Shown piece by piece: positions 36,185-45,582 of a stretch of DNA of 64,000 bases. This stretch comes from a virus. The stretch is from IMG/VR virus record IMGVR_UViG_3300044568_004364; one strand, given 5' to 3'. Numbering within the stretch: position 1 is the stretch's first letter; the number at the start of each line of letters is the position of its first letter. The notes under the pieces are model-generated. The model had not been told where the DNA came from and searched no databases. It saw only the letters and a list, made by a program, of their open reading frames with translations. Both the position numbers and the translations under genes were made by a program.

Positions 36185-37699
36185 TTACATTTCTTCTTCG
36201 CCTTCAGGCACCTCAGGAACAGTTGTTCCTTCAGATGCAATTTCGGCATTCATTTTTTCAATATCATCATCGCTTTGATTTAAGATATTACTACGTACAT
36301 ATTTTTCGCTATAATACTTACCGATATAACCTGATACAGATTCTAACATCGCTAGGCGCTCTTTCATGATTTCAAAATCTTTAAGCTCGCTAAAGAAGTT
36401 ATCTTCAATATAGTCAATATTAATATTTTCACGTATACTTTCCCAGTCACCTTCTGTTATGATTCCTTTTAGTAATAGTTGTAGCCGCAGCGCGTCAACA
36501 AATAAAACTGAGAATTTCTTACGTAAACGGTTAATGAACTTTTGGTACTTAACTTCTTCACGTGATATTTCACTTGCACGACCTACATTAAACATAGTCT
36601 CGCCTTCAAGACGATTGACTGGAATATTTAGCGAACGATATAGTTTCTTTTGGAAAAAGACTACATCTTCAATCTGACTAAGATTTTCGCCACCTGGCAG
36701 CGTTGTGATTTCTGTACCACGGCCACCTTCACGACGCGGTAACCAAAAGTCTTCAAGCATACTCATGCTCTTACGGTCATCGCGTATTTCGCCAGTGTTA
36801 GCATCATATACTAACTTGTTGCGATACTTTGCCATAATACCTTGCACATATTCTTCAGCTTTACCTTTTGGTAGGTTACCAACGTCAATATAGAAAATAC
36901 GACGCTCAGGTGCACGTGCTATACGATAGATAACCAAAGAGTCTTCCATCATACGCAATTGATTTACAAGTTTTACGCTCTTATGTAGGTATGATATTGA
37001 ATACTTTCCGCTTTCGTCCAATATACCAGATGGTACATATACAACGGTATTAGGATCAATCTTAACTCCGCCATTGGTTGACGAATTGCCAAAATCATCG
37101 GCATAAAGAAAATATTCTGAAGCAAGTTCTGTAACCTTTATACCTGTTGCTTTATCAACTTTAGTAGTAACCTCTTTAATTTTTCTAATCTTAAGAGGAT
37201 CAATTGCACGTATTTCTTTAATGCCTTCTTTTGGTTTTTTAGTGTCAACCATTAGATGGAAATATAACTTGCCGTCAATATACCAACGACGAAAAATATC
37301 ATAACCGTTATAGTTAAATGATAAGAGCTTTAAGATTATATCAAATTCTTCACGTATCTTTTTCTTAATACTTTCAGGCTGATCCAAGTTATCCATTATA
37401 ATATTAACTGGACTACCGTCACTATCTGAAACAATTGAAGCATTAACAATATCAGCAATTGCGGCATCGCACTCTGGTTGTGATGCTGCGCTACGACATT
37501 TTAAGATAGTATCCTTTTCATTTGTTAGCATTGCTCCATCAATATCAAGAACCTGCCCATAATAACCAGCAGCATTACTTGACGTTAAAACGGAAGTACC
37601 ATCGTTTTCAATGGGGGTTGAAAACGATGGTATAATTGAATCCGGTGAAGAACCCTTCTTATCTATTAATTTTGATATTTCATAGCCAAACAGCTTCAT
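36185..37699 (-). CDS. 20: Portal protein
   Basis: FRRWYIDG, NQLRMMED.LVIYRI.RAPERRIFYIDVGNLPK.KAE, EDFWLPRREGGRGTEITTLPGG. Confidence 0.97.
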   Translation of the reverse strand: MKLFGYEISKLIDKKGSSPDSIIPSFSTPIENDGTSVLTSSNAAGYYGQVLDIDGAMLTNEKDTILKCRSAASQPECDAAIADIVNASIVSDSDGSPVNIIMDNLDQPESIKKKIREEFDIILKLLSFNYNGYDIFRRWYIDGKLYFHLMVDTKKPKEGIKEIRAIDPLKIRKIKEVTTKVDKATGIKVTELASEYFLYADDFGNSSTNGGVKIDPNTVVYVPSGILDESGKYSISYLHKSVKLVNQLRMMEDSLVIYRIARAPERRIFYIDVGNLPKGKAEEYVQGIMAKYRNKLVYDANTGEIRDDRKSMSMLEDFWLPRREGGRGTEITTLPGGENLSQIEDVVFFQKKLYRSLNIPVNRLEGETMFNVGRASEISREEVKYQKFINRLRKKFSVLFVDALRLQLLLKGIITEGDWESIRENINIDYIEDNFFSELKDFEIMKERLAMLESVSGYIGKYYSEKYVRSNILNQSDDDIEKMNAEIASEGTTVPEVPEGEEEM

Positions 37700-37721
37700 A
37701 ATATATTATTTATATCCAAAA

Positions 37722-38264
37722 TTATCCGATTGTACTGTTGGATACCCAGTATTGATAATTAAATTCAACCGTGAATTCTTCAACCGTATTATCAGTTTCA
37801 TAATTCAAGTCGATACTTGAAATGTTTGTTGGGAATGCGCCTACAAATGTATATGCCTTGCTAACTGCACCACCTTCACGACTAAGTTGTTTTACAACCA
37901 AGTCTTTATAGTAATTAAGCGGGCTTACACCTGATGCCGTTGTATTGGATGCATGGCGATTGATAAGATTCATCCATGACTCCAATGCGTTACGTATTTC
38001 CATATTAACGTCATTCATAACCGTAATTGTCCACGGCTCAAATGTACGATCACCTGCAACTTTTAGTTTGCGACCACGATAAGGTACTTCAATTGGTGTA
38101 AGTACACTAGCTGGAAGCTGCGCTCCTTTTACAAGGAAACGACTCTTACTCGTTGCAACTCCGCCGTCAAGCACACCATCTGGGAAATAGAGCTCAACTT
38201 CAAACAAGTTGCTGCGAGCTCCACCGCCGTTAAATGCATTTTTGAAATTTGTTAGATTACTCAT
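37722..38264 (-). CDS. 19: Tail tube protein
   Basis: GGARSNLFEV, YRGR.LKVAGDRTFEPWT.T, EEFTVEF.YQYW. Confidence 0.95.
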   Translation of the reverse strand: MSNLTNFKNAFNGGGARSNLFEVELYFPDGVLDGGVATSKSRFLVKGAQLPASVLTPIEVPYRGRKLKVAGDRTFEPWTITVMNDVNMEIRNALESWMNLINRHASNTTASGVSPLNYYKDLVVKQLSREGGAVSKAYTFVGAFPTNISSIDLNYETDNTVEEFTVEFNYQYWVSNSTIG

Positions 38265-38297
38265 TATAGTTCTTTCTTATATGTATTTATAATTGTA

Positions 38298-39983
38298 TTA
38301 GGCACCAATCTCATTAAATTGAATACCGCTGCGTGATGCAACAAAGTTAAGCGTGATATAGTTAATTGAGCGCGAAGGCTTAATGTAAATATCGGCGATA
38401 AAACGATTAGTATCAATAACTTGCGGAGTATTATTTGTCTCATCGCATACTATACGATAATCAGTAACACCACGGCGTGATTGAACATCTCTTAAGAGTG
38501 GCTCAATCGTATTGACAAATGCGCTACGAGTAAATTCATCGTTTAATTCAAACAATTGGAATTTAGCTGCAATACCACATGCACGTTGTAGGCTGTTAAA
38601 TAGGCGGCGTACATTAATACGATCAAATGCGCTTGCACGTGATTGGCCTGTCTTATCTCCTAGAAGTACAATACCTTGGCCTGCTGTATTTACAATAGGA
38701 TTGATATTTGTTGCATACAGTTCATCACGATCAACTTGTACTGGATTGTATGCAAGTTTGGTTACACCGCGTAATTGACCACGATTATAGCCTGCTGGTG
38801 AGAACCATGCATCCGCTACACTATCGGTATATGCGCATAGGCCTGCTATATGTCCGCATGCTGGAATCCATTTGTACTCATCTGCATACTTGTTATATAC
38901 ATAAACTGGTGTGCTATCAAACACAACATAACTGCTTGGATCACTAATTGCAGCTTTTGCCGCAATTACTGCATTCTTTTTAGCAGTTTCAGATGTTTGG
39001 GTATATAGATTCAAAGGCGCAGACAGGAATGCCATACAATCTTTACGTCCTACCACAACTCCATTCAATTTGACATTCACTGTAGTATCAGATGTGAATG
39101 CTTCTGCAAAGAGCAAATTGATATCAACAGTTTCGATATCAGCAAATATATTTAATGCTGTAACAACATTAGCTGCAACACGTGTACCGTTAGCACCAGC
39201 ATTAAATCCATATATGCCTGTGCCAGCCAACGTATATGTGCTGCTTGCTAGTGTACGAACAATTGCAGGATCTCCAGCAAATACGTATGATGAGCCGTTA
39301 TTAAGTACATTGACAAAGTAATTGGATGCTCCGCTTACAGTTTTTGCATTTGCATTTAATGATAACCCTTGGAATGTTTCTAATACTGCACCCTTAACTC
39401 CAGTAAATTCTCCATTCTTATCAAATACAGCTATATGTATTTCGTCATTAGTGTAAACTGTTGTGCTTACGCTGCTTGCCCATGTTGTTGTACTAGGAGC
39501 AAGGTCAAAATATTGTTTACGCTCTGCTGCTAAGGTTGCTTCATTGTTTGCATGAAACAATTTAACTTCAAGCGTGTTCCCAATAGCGCCTGGGCAGCGT
39601 GCATAGAATGCATCAAGTAATGTAGCAATTTTTAAATCGTAATCTTCTTTATTCTTGATAAGCACACCAGGACCAGTTGTATATCCAGATTCGCCAGCTG
39701 CATTAAGAGCACTAGCTCCAACACAACGCACAACCTTTAATGAATTTCCATATTTTAGGAAACTCTCAGCGGTCAAGAATGACTCTGCATTCGGGTCGCC
39801 TGCTTGTTTGGGTGTCCCAAATATTTCACCCAAGTTTTTCTCAGATGATATATTAGTAATTTCGTCAACAGGACCCCAGTTAAAATGTCCAACGTATGCT
39901 CCTATTGATGCAGATGTTGGTTGTGCTACCGTTGTTAAATCAGTTTCAGTGATTTGAACGCCTACGCTTTGTAAATATGCCAT
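38298..39983 (-). CDS. 18: Contractile tail sheath protein
   Basis: F.WGPV, WFSPAGYNRG, SAFDRINVRRLF, IYIKPSRSINYI.LNFVA. Confidence 0.96.
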   Translation of the reverse strand: MAYLQSVGVQITETDLTTVAQPTSASIGAYVGHFNWGPVDEITNISSEKNLGEIFGTPKQAGDPNAESFLTAESFLKYGNSLKVVRCVGASALNAAGESGYTTGPGVLIKNKEDYDLKIATLLDAFYARCPGAIGNTLEVKLFHANNEATLAAERKQYFDLAPSTTTWASSVSTTVYTNDEIHIAVFDKNGEFTGVKGAVLETFQGLSLNANAKTVSGASNYFVNVLNNGSSYVFAGDPAIVRTLASSTYTLAGTGIYGFNAGANGTRVAANVVTALNIFADIETVDINLLFAEAFTSDTTVNVKLNGVVVGRKDCMAFLSAPLNLYTQTSETAKKNAVIAAKAAISDPSSYVVFDSTPVYVYNKYADEYKWIPACGHIAGLCAYTDSVADAWFSPAGYNRGQLRGVTKLAYNPVQVDRDELYATNINPIVNTAGQGIVLLGDKTGQSRASAFDRINVRRLFNSLQRACGIAAKFQLFELNDEFTRSAFVNTIEPLLRDVQSRRGVTDYRIVCDETNNTPQVIDTNRFIADIYIKPSRSINYITLNFVASRSGIQFNEIGA

Positions 39984-40073
39984 ATTTGTTTTTTGCCTTT
40001 CTCAGTGCTTAATTATAAGTTTGAAACATAATAAGAATTTTTTCAATCTACTTTTATTTATAAAAACAGGGTT

Positions 40074-41465
40074 TTACAAGCCTTTCCACTCGTTAATTGA
40101 TTCCATTTGCTCTCTATAATGAGCCATGCTAGGCGTAAGATCATTTTCATTATGAGAATTAATAATACCAAACGGCGGTAAGTCATCCTCCATCTCTCGT
40201 ATCTTTTCGCTATAGAGCAAGTCTTTAAGCTGTATATTACTCATGCCACCAAATGCGTCGGTGCTAACAAACCATGCAAACATAACAAGGTTCATTACGC
40301 TATCATCATGTGCAATGCCGCGTGCCGCATAACTATCTCCTTTTGGCTCAAAGCTGCTAAGTTCTGCAATTGTATTTGCATCGTATATCATTAACTTACC
40401 TTGCTCAATCAAGTCTTTTAGATTGCTGCAACCAATACGTTTAACTCGTTTGGTCATAGTGACACCAATGCCACTACTCTTTATACTGCTTTGCACAAAG
40501 ACGTTATCATATTCGTAATCATAATATATCGCATTACATACAACTTGTCCTGCATCGTTATTTTCAACAACCACAAGTGCATTACCGTATGACTTAGCAG
40601 CACGTATAATATATTCTGGGTACATTAACGGCGATACATTGTTATTACGATATGTACACACCTGCTTAAATGTTTCGCCAGAAATATCAAATACAGAAAA
40701 TGTACTATAGTCCTGCCCACGCCCTTTGCTTACATCTACCGTCAAGATATAGTCATGACCTTCAATAGGTTGCTCATAGTAGAGTATATCATATTGATTA
40801 CGTATCGGATCACGCGCTTGTAATCCAAGAAGCGCATCAGATGATATAAGTGTCTGCGAACTACCGATAAAAGAAACTTCAAACTCTTGCTTAAATTGTA
40901 ATTCACTGCTATTGGCAATAGTCTGACGCTTCCATGCTTCATCACGCCCAGGTACATCTTGCCATTTAATCGTGAATGGTTTAAATTCATTTGAACGTTG
41001 AATTGCACCTTCCCATAATTTATAGAACATATTGCCTACACCATTAGGTGTACTTGTAATAATAACCTTTGTATCTTTACCAGAACTAATTACAGGATAT
41101 GTACTCGTATAAAATTCATTTGCTTTATGCACAAACGCGAACTCATCAAGAAAGATACAATTATGACTGACTACACTGTTGGTATAATACGCATGTGTAT
41201 CTTCTACCTCTAATAAGTCATATACCTTTTCAGATTTAACATTTCTAATATCGATGATTTTAATATCACCAAATAATATATCCCCAACATTTAGAAATGA
41301 ACATGGTATGTAAGTAAATCCATCCTGACATAAAAATTCATGTTCAGGTGTACATTTAATATGTTCGCCATTATCAAATTGTACGAATAATAATTTTTCA
41401 GCTATCCCTTGGTCAAGTATAGCTTCAAATTTTTTAAATCCATTATGTGTTAAAACTTCAATCAT
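40074..41465 (-). CDS. 17: Terminase large subunit, C-terminal part: 102-aa C-intein followed by Walker B and nuclease domains
   Basis: ...VYDL...YYTNSVVSHN/CIFLDEFAFV; ITSTPNG; DVSKGRGQDYS; HDD.VM. Confidence 0.93.
   Translation of the reverse strand: MIEVLTHNGFKKFEAILDQGIAEKLLFVQFDNGEHIKCTPEHEFLCQDGFTYIPCSFLNVGDILFGDIKIIDIRNVKSEKVYDLLEVEDTHAYYTNSVVSHNCIFLDEFAFVHKANEFYTSTYPVISSGKDTKVIITSTPNGVGNMFYKLWEGAIQRSNEFKPFTIKWQDVPGRDEAWKRQTIANSSELQFKQEFEVSFIGSSQTLISSDALLGLQARDPIRNQYDILYYEQPIEGHDYILTVDVSKGRGQDYSTFSVFDISGETFKQVCTYRNNNVSPLMYPEYIIRAAKSYGNALVVVENNDAGQVVCNAIYYDYEYDNVFVQSSIKSSGIGVTMTKRVKRIGCSNLKDLIEQGKLMIYDANTIAELSSFEPKGDSYAARGIAHDDSVMNLVMFAWFVSTDAFGGMSNIQLKDLLYSEKIREMEDDLPPFGIINSHNENDLTPSMAHYREQMESINEWKGL
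41160..41465 (-). mobile_element. Split intein 2, C-fragment (102 aa)
   Basis: IKCTPEHEF (block B TxxH), KVYDLLEVED (block F), SHN/C (block G). Confidence 0.88.
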
Positions 41466-42403
41466 ATTTTAGTGCGATTAACCCATTTTTCAGGTTGTTC
41501 ACCTATATTAAAATAACCACGTTCAGATGTGTTTTCTGGATTAACATAATATTTTTTACCTTTATTTTTTGCAGATTTACCCTTTTTTGCCGATGACATT
41601 TTTAATTTACAATCATCGCTTCTTGTCATACCGCGATGTTTTTCTGCAGTCTTTTTAATTTTTTCAGGATTTTTATTAATCTTATCAACATGCTCTTTTG
41701 ATTTTTTAATACCCGTCAAACCAGCACTTATATTATTACAATGTTCTTTTGTTTTCTTTACTCCTTTTAATTTTTCTGATATGATTTTACCGGTTGCTTT
41801 TCTAGTGTCGGGTAATGAAGCAATCATTTGTATGCGTTTCATATAAACATTCACTGCCGCTTGTTGATCATCAGTATCAACAAATTTAATTGGCTTTTCA
41901 GAGTTACCGCAATCGCATATTAATTTAATTCTAGCAGCATAGTTATTTGTATCTTCATCATAACCTAATTTGTTTATTGCATCTTCCAGTGTTTCAAAAA
42001 TGCGGCCATCATCATGAATAATTTTTTTACCAGTCCCAGAATGTTTTCCAACTTTAGCTTCACGTAATTTTTCTTTTGTTTCTTTGGAGTGTGTCTTACC
42101 GTAAAAGCCATTATTTGGGCCGTGTAATACTAGTATGTTTCCGCCTTCCGAAAGATTATATGTATCTTCACGCAAGGTAAAATCTTTATTAACAATACGT
42201 CTTTCTTCATTTTCTGCATCAGCTTTATTATCAAAAACTGATAATATTTCTTTTTTAAAATTAGCGATGCCATACTTTTCTATAGCTCTTTTTATAAGTT
42301 TACCACTGCCCATATAGCCATCATTTAAATCATTAGTTGCATGATAGCCAACATAAATTTTATTGTTTATTAGATTTGTTATTTTATAGACAGTGTAATG
42401 CAT
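41462..42403 (-). mobile_element. GIY-YIG homing endonuclease (313 aa) between the halves of split intein 2
   Basis: MHYTVYKITNLINNKIYVGYH...DGYMGSG...YG..NFKKEIL...YNL..GG; NUMOD3 repeats; TATAAATA at 42430-42437. Confidence 0.88.
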
Positions 42404-44341
42404 AATTTCTTTCTCGATGAATTTACTTTTATTTATAAAATCATCAATTTCAGCATAGTAAATATTATCATTTATGTTAACACAAATCTTAGCATCTCCA
42501 GTGACACAATTCATACTCAAGCCACGAATGCTGCTACCGCTTGTGGCTGCCGCAATAATTTCGCTGTTATTACTAAAGAGTATGTTACCTTTATTTAATA
42601 CCTTACACCCAGGCTGTAGGAAGAATGGTAAGTTTTCCAACATCAGCGTAATACGTGATAACATCTCACGTGCCGTTGCACCTTTGTTTGCAAGTATACC
42701 TATCTTTTTATTTGCGTTAAAGATTGCATAATGAAGGAGCCATGCGACACTTGTAATCGAATTGTGTGACAGAATATCGTTTGTGTAAAATCGGTGATCA
42801 GTAAAATCTACCCCAAGATCATACATCTCAACCTCTTTACCACATCTCTGAACTCCAACAACTTTGGAACACCCATCTTTTGTTTGTATAACAGATCCTT
42901 CTTTTAAATCTTTAACATAGACATTATCAAATTCTTCATTAAATAAAATATGGTTATCAGCACAGCGTAGATATTTCCCGCATTCTGTTTTTACCTCCCA
43001 GATGGTATATGGTATAGTTTTATGCGATTGTTTTAAAGGTTGAAATCCGCTATCAGTTTCAACCACGAAGCCGAAGCCCTCGAAGGATTCTATGAATTTT
43101 TTAGTTGATGGCAGTTGTCGAAATGCCACCTCGACATCGCTGATGGATCTCCGATCTTTCCGCAGTGCGGACACTGTGCCTTCTTTCTTTTTCTCGCCAT
43201 GCTTTTTATATTTTCTATATGTTCCTTCGTAAACTTCCTCCCTTTGAGACGTTCTGAAAGTTTGTTCTTTGTTTCCGCTGATGTTACCTTCCCCTTTCCA
43301 GCCTTTGAGAGTTTCTTCTTCGTTTCCTCGGATGTTACCCTTCCCGTGTTCGGTGATACATAATCCGGATCCGCGTGAAGTTTCCTCAGGCCTTTTGATA
43401 TATTTTCTTTGTGTTCCTCGGATTGAGCGTATCCACGTAATGACTCTGAATTTGTTTTCCGGTTTTTCATCCTCTCCCGAAACTTTGTCTCCCCCCAAAT
43501 AGATTTTATTTTCTTGGAGATATTCTTTTTGGATTCTTCCGAATGATTTTTGTTTAGCATGCCCCTTGGATGAACCTCGTGAGTTTTTCCATAAAAGGGA
43601 TTTTTCTCTCCACTGTTTTCCTCCGATAAAACATTTATGAAGTTGGTTCGAGCATTTTCGTATAAACGTGAGGATTTTATTTTTATGCCATCTCGTGTGT
43701 GCATCATCATGTGAAGGGCATAAACCATCTTCTTCCATTCTGGGCTGCACTTTGGAAACATCTTCACTAATAAAAGATGAGCGATAAAATGCTCTCTTAA
43801 AGTTAATGTCACTAGGTTCTCTTCTAAATTGTTTCCACCACACCCTTTTGGAAAAATATGATGCCTCTCCCCAGAGTTTAACAAACAGCGCTTGCGCTTC
43901 TCCATCAGGCAAAAATAGGTCTTTGAATACTTGTTCTTTAGGCAGGTCATGTTTATATTTATAAAACAATGACTTCTGAAGCGTACTTAATGCATAAAAT
44001 ATTTCGTGAACTAGTGATATTTTTGCTCGCAACGGAGGGCCATCAAGAAACTTGATGGTAATCTCTGTTTCCCCGACACTGCATTTCCCGCTTTGGCGAC
44101 ATGCAAGGATAATGGTAAAACGATTATCCGAAAAATGTTTTACCATTTTTTCTTGATAACCGCGCAGCTTAAATGGCACTAGTCCATGATCTAAGCTAAT
44201 AACCTTTACGTACTTTTCGGCAAAGTAACCTACATCAGCCATGCAGCGACGATATTCATTAACTTCATGCGCCGTGAAACTTTGCTGTACACCATCACGC
44301 TTGATATAAATGTTTCCATTATAGGAATCTGGTGTTGTCAT
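41462..44341 (-). CDS. 17: Terminase large subunit, N-terminal part, with cis intein 1, N-intein 2 and an in-frame GIY-YIG endonuclease
   Basis: YNGN..IKR, YFAEKYVK, GLVPF.L..YQ, CRQSGK/(intein)/SITS, ILANKG.TARE, LP.FLQPG, SIRGLSMN. Confidence 0.93.
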   Translation of the reverse strand: MTTPDSYNGNIYIKRDGVQQSFTAHEVNEYRRCMADVGYFAEKYVKVISLDHGLVPFKLRGYQEKMVKHFSDNRFTIILACRQSGKCSVGETEITIKFLDGPPLRAKISLVHEIFYALSTLQKSLFYKYKHDLPKEQVFKDLFLPDGEAQALFVKLWGEASYFSKRVWWKQFRREPSDINFKRAFYRSSFISEDVSKVQPRMEEDGLCPSHDDAHTRWHKNKILTFIRKCSNQLHKCFIGGKQWREKSLLWKNSRGSSKGHAKQKSFGRIQKEYLQENKIYLGGDKVSGEDEKPENKFRVITWIRSIRGTQRKYIKRPEETSRGSGLCITEHGKGNIRGNEEETLKGWKGEGNISGNKEQTFRTSQREEVYEGTYRKYKKHGEKKKEGTVSALRKDRRSISDVEVAFRQLPSTKKFIESFEGFGFVVETDSGFQPLKQSHKTIPYTIWEVKTECGKYLRCADNHILFNEEFDNVYVKDLKEGSVIQTKDGCSKVVGVQRCGKEVEMYDLGVDFTDHRFYTNDILSHNSITSVAWLLHYAIFNANKKIGILANKGATAREMLSRITLMLENLPFFLQPGCKVLNKGNILFSNNSEIIAAATSGSSIRGLSMNCVTGDAKICVNINDNIYYAEIDDFINKSKFIEKEIMHYTVYKITNLINNKIYVGYHATNDLNDGYMGSGKLIKRAIEKYGIANFKKEILSVFDNKADAENEERRIVNKDFTLREDTYNLSEGGNILVLHGPNNGFYGKTHSKETKEKLREAKVGKHSGTGKKIIHDDGRIFETLEDAINKLGYDEDTNNYAARIKLICDCGNSEKPIKFVDTDDQQAAVNVYMKRIQMIASLPDTRKATGKIISEKLKGVKKTKEHCNNISAGLTGIKKSKEHVDKINKNPEKIKKTAEKHRGMTRSDDCKLKMSSAKKGKSAKNKGKKYYVNPENTSERGYFNIGEQPEKWVNRTKI
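42404..42508 (-). mobile_element. Split intein 2, short N-fragment (about 35 aa)
   Basis: CVTGDAKICV...EIDDF block A directly after extein GLSMN. Confidence 0.82.
42761..44083 (-). mobile_element. Intein 1 (441 aa) in the terminase Walker A motif
   Basis: K/CSVGETEI start; LRCADNHIL block B; EMYDLGV block F; FYTNDILSHN/S end; excision restores RQSGKS. Confidence 0.9.
43090..43950 (-). CDS. HNH (Mob-like) homing endonuclease nested out of frame within intein 1
   Basis: ERHHIFPKGCGG...NLV.LT.REHFIAHLLL; NPFYGKTH/HSEESKK NUMOD3 repeats; CPHC...RWHFDNC; TATAAATA at 43956-43963. Confidence 0.88.
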   Translation of the reverse strand: MTCLKNKYSKTYFCLMEKRKRCLLNSGERHHIFPKGCGGNNLEENLVTLTLREHFIAHLLLVKMFPKCSPEWKKMVYALHMMMHTRDGIKIKSSRLYENARTNFINVLSEENSGEKNPFYGKTHEVHPRGMLNKNHSEESKKNISKKIKSIWGETKFRERMKNRKTNSESLRGYAQSEEHKENISKGLRKLHADPDYVSPNTGRVTSEETKKKLSKAGKGKVTSAETKNKLSERLKGRKFTKEHIENIKSMARKRKKAQCPHCGKIGDPSAMSRWHFDNCHQLKNS

Positions 44342-44817
44342 TATATTTCAACTGTTTCAGTTGGAGCGCTCTGTAGCAGCTTTTGTAACTCTGAAGTAGT
44401 GCCGACAAATATTGCATTATTTGTAGTGCCGCCACCACCAGAATTGTTTGGCTTCTGCTGTGTTTCATCTTGTATAATTTTCTTACGCTCTTTCTGTAGC
44501 GTTAGGAGCTGACCGTTAATTTCAGCTGCAGTTTTAATCATACCGGCCAAGACTTCAAATGCGCGCGGATGTTCTGCATCACTTGCTAGTGCATGCATTG
44601 TACCAATTGCCTCATCACTTGTATCAATAAGTTTCTTTATGTGCGCTCTTGCGTATGCATAGTCTTCTTCAGCATCAATTACTATTTCAGCGTGTGATGG
44701 TGCAGGATCCTTACCAGATTCAATAACCATTTCCTTTTTTACTGGAGCTAGGTTTGATTGGAGCGATGCTAATATACTATCTTTATCCTTTTTCATAATC
44801 TTAAGGTTCGTCATCAA
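44341..44817 (-). CDS. 16: Terminase small subunit
   Basis: DY.YAR, EHPRAFEV, TTNNAIFVGTTSELQKLL. Confidence 0.9.
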   Translation of the reverse strand: MMTNLKIMKKDKDSILASLQSNLAPVKKEMVIESGKDPAPSHAEIVIDAEEDYAYARAHIKKLIDTSDEAIGTMHALASDAEHPRAFEVLAGMIKTAAEINGQLLTLQKERKKIIQDETQQKPNNSGGGGTTNNAIFVGTTSELQKLLQSAPTETVEI

Positions 44818-45577
44818 ACCCGTAGGTTGTAACTACGGTATAATCTTCAGGTGTGTCATTCTCAGGATCACCAAGAGATACATTTACGGTGTCAACTGCA
44901 GTTGATGTTGCTGTCTTAGCACCGTCATAAAAGTTAACATCAACATATTTAATAATTTTTCCAGGTGCACTTTGTATACCTCTAAACTTTACTTTAATAT
45001 CAAAATCTAATGTATACATGATTGTGCGTCGTGTATTTGCAAAGTCACCTTCATAGTCATCTTGGAATGAAGTACCCGTCAACATAAATGGTACGTCAGT
45101 AATGCTATCAGGACCTTCAAGATCCTTTACAGCAACCGTATATTCTGGCGTAAAGTAGGGTATAATTTGTTCAAAGATTTGCAGCGCATCATCTTGATAA
45201 CGCGCCATAATATTCAACTGCATACCTATGCGATATGGCGTTGCGCTATAGACACGTGTGCGAGATTCATTATCTGCGCCGCTGCTGTATAGCGTGCTAT
45301 TAAGACGATTTAGTTTTGATGTAGAGTCATAACTTATTGATGTAATATCAAAACTCATGCGCGGCAGATTCATTGCAATGTCGCCATTCTCTTCATTAAT
45401 TTGATTTGCAAGACGTGCCAAGAATTTTTGACGAGGCCCATATGATATAGGTACACGCTGTATACCCGTCATTTTGCCGTTAACTTTTTTTGCAATACTA
45501 ATGTTATTAAAGAGTGTACCAAATACGGCAACAATCTTTTTTAGGTTTGCGTTATAATAGTAAGAATCGCTTAACAT
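44801..45577 (-). CDS. 15: Tail sheath stabiliser/terminator
   Basis: FGTLFNNI, VPISYGPRQKFL, LPRMSF, QI.EQI.PYF.P. Confidence 0.92.
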   Translation of the reverse strand: MLSDSYYYNANLKKIVAVFGTLFNNISIAKKVNGKMTGIQRVPISYGPRQKFLARLANQINEENGDIAMNLPRMSFDITSISYDSTSKLNRLNSTLYSSGADNESRTRVYSATPYRIGMQLNIMARYQDDALQIFEQIIPYFTPEYTVAVKDLEGPDSITDVPFMLTGTSFQDDYEGDFANTRRTIMYTLDFDIKVKFRGIQSAPGKIIKYVDVNFYDGAKTATSTAVDTVNVSLGDPENDTPEDYTVVTTYGFDDEP

Positions 45578-45582
45578 AATAT

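Noticed and set aside
41462-44083. Group I introns in the terminase gene
   Set aside because: Insertions are bounded by intein motifs (C...HN/S and C...HN/C), and I saw no intron core.
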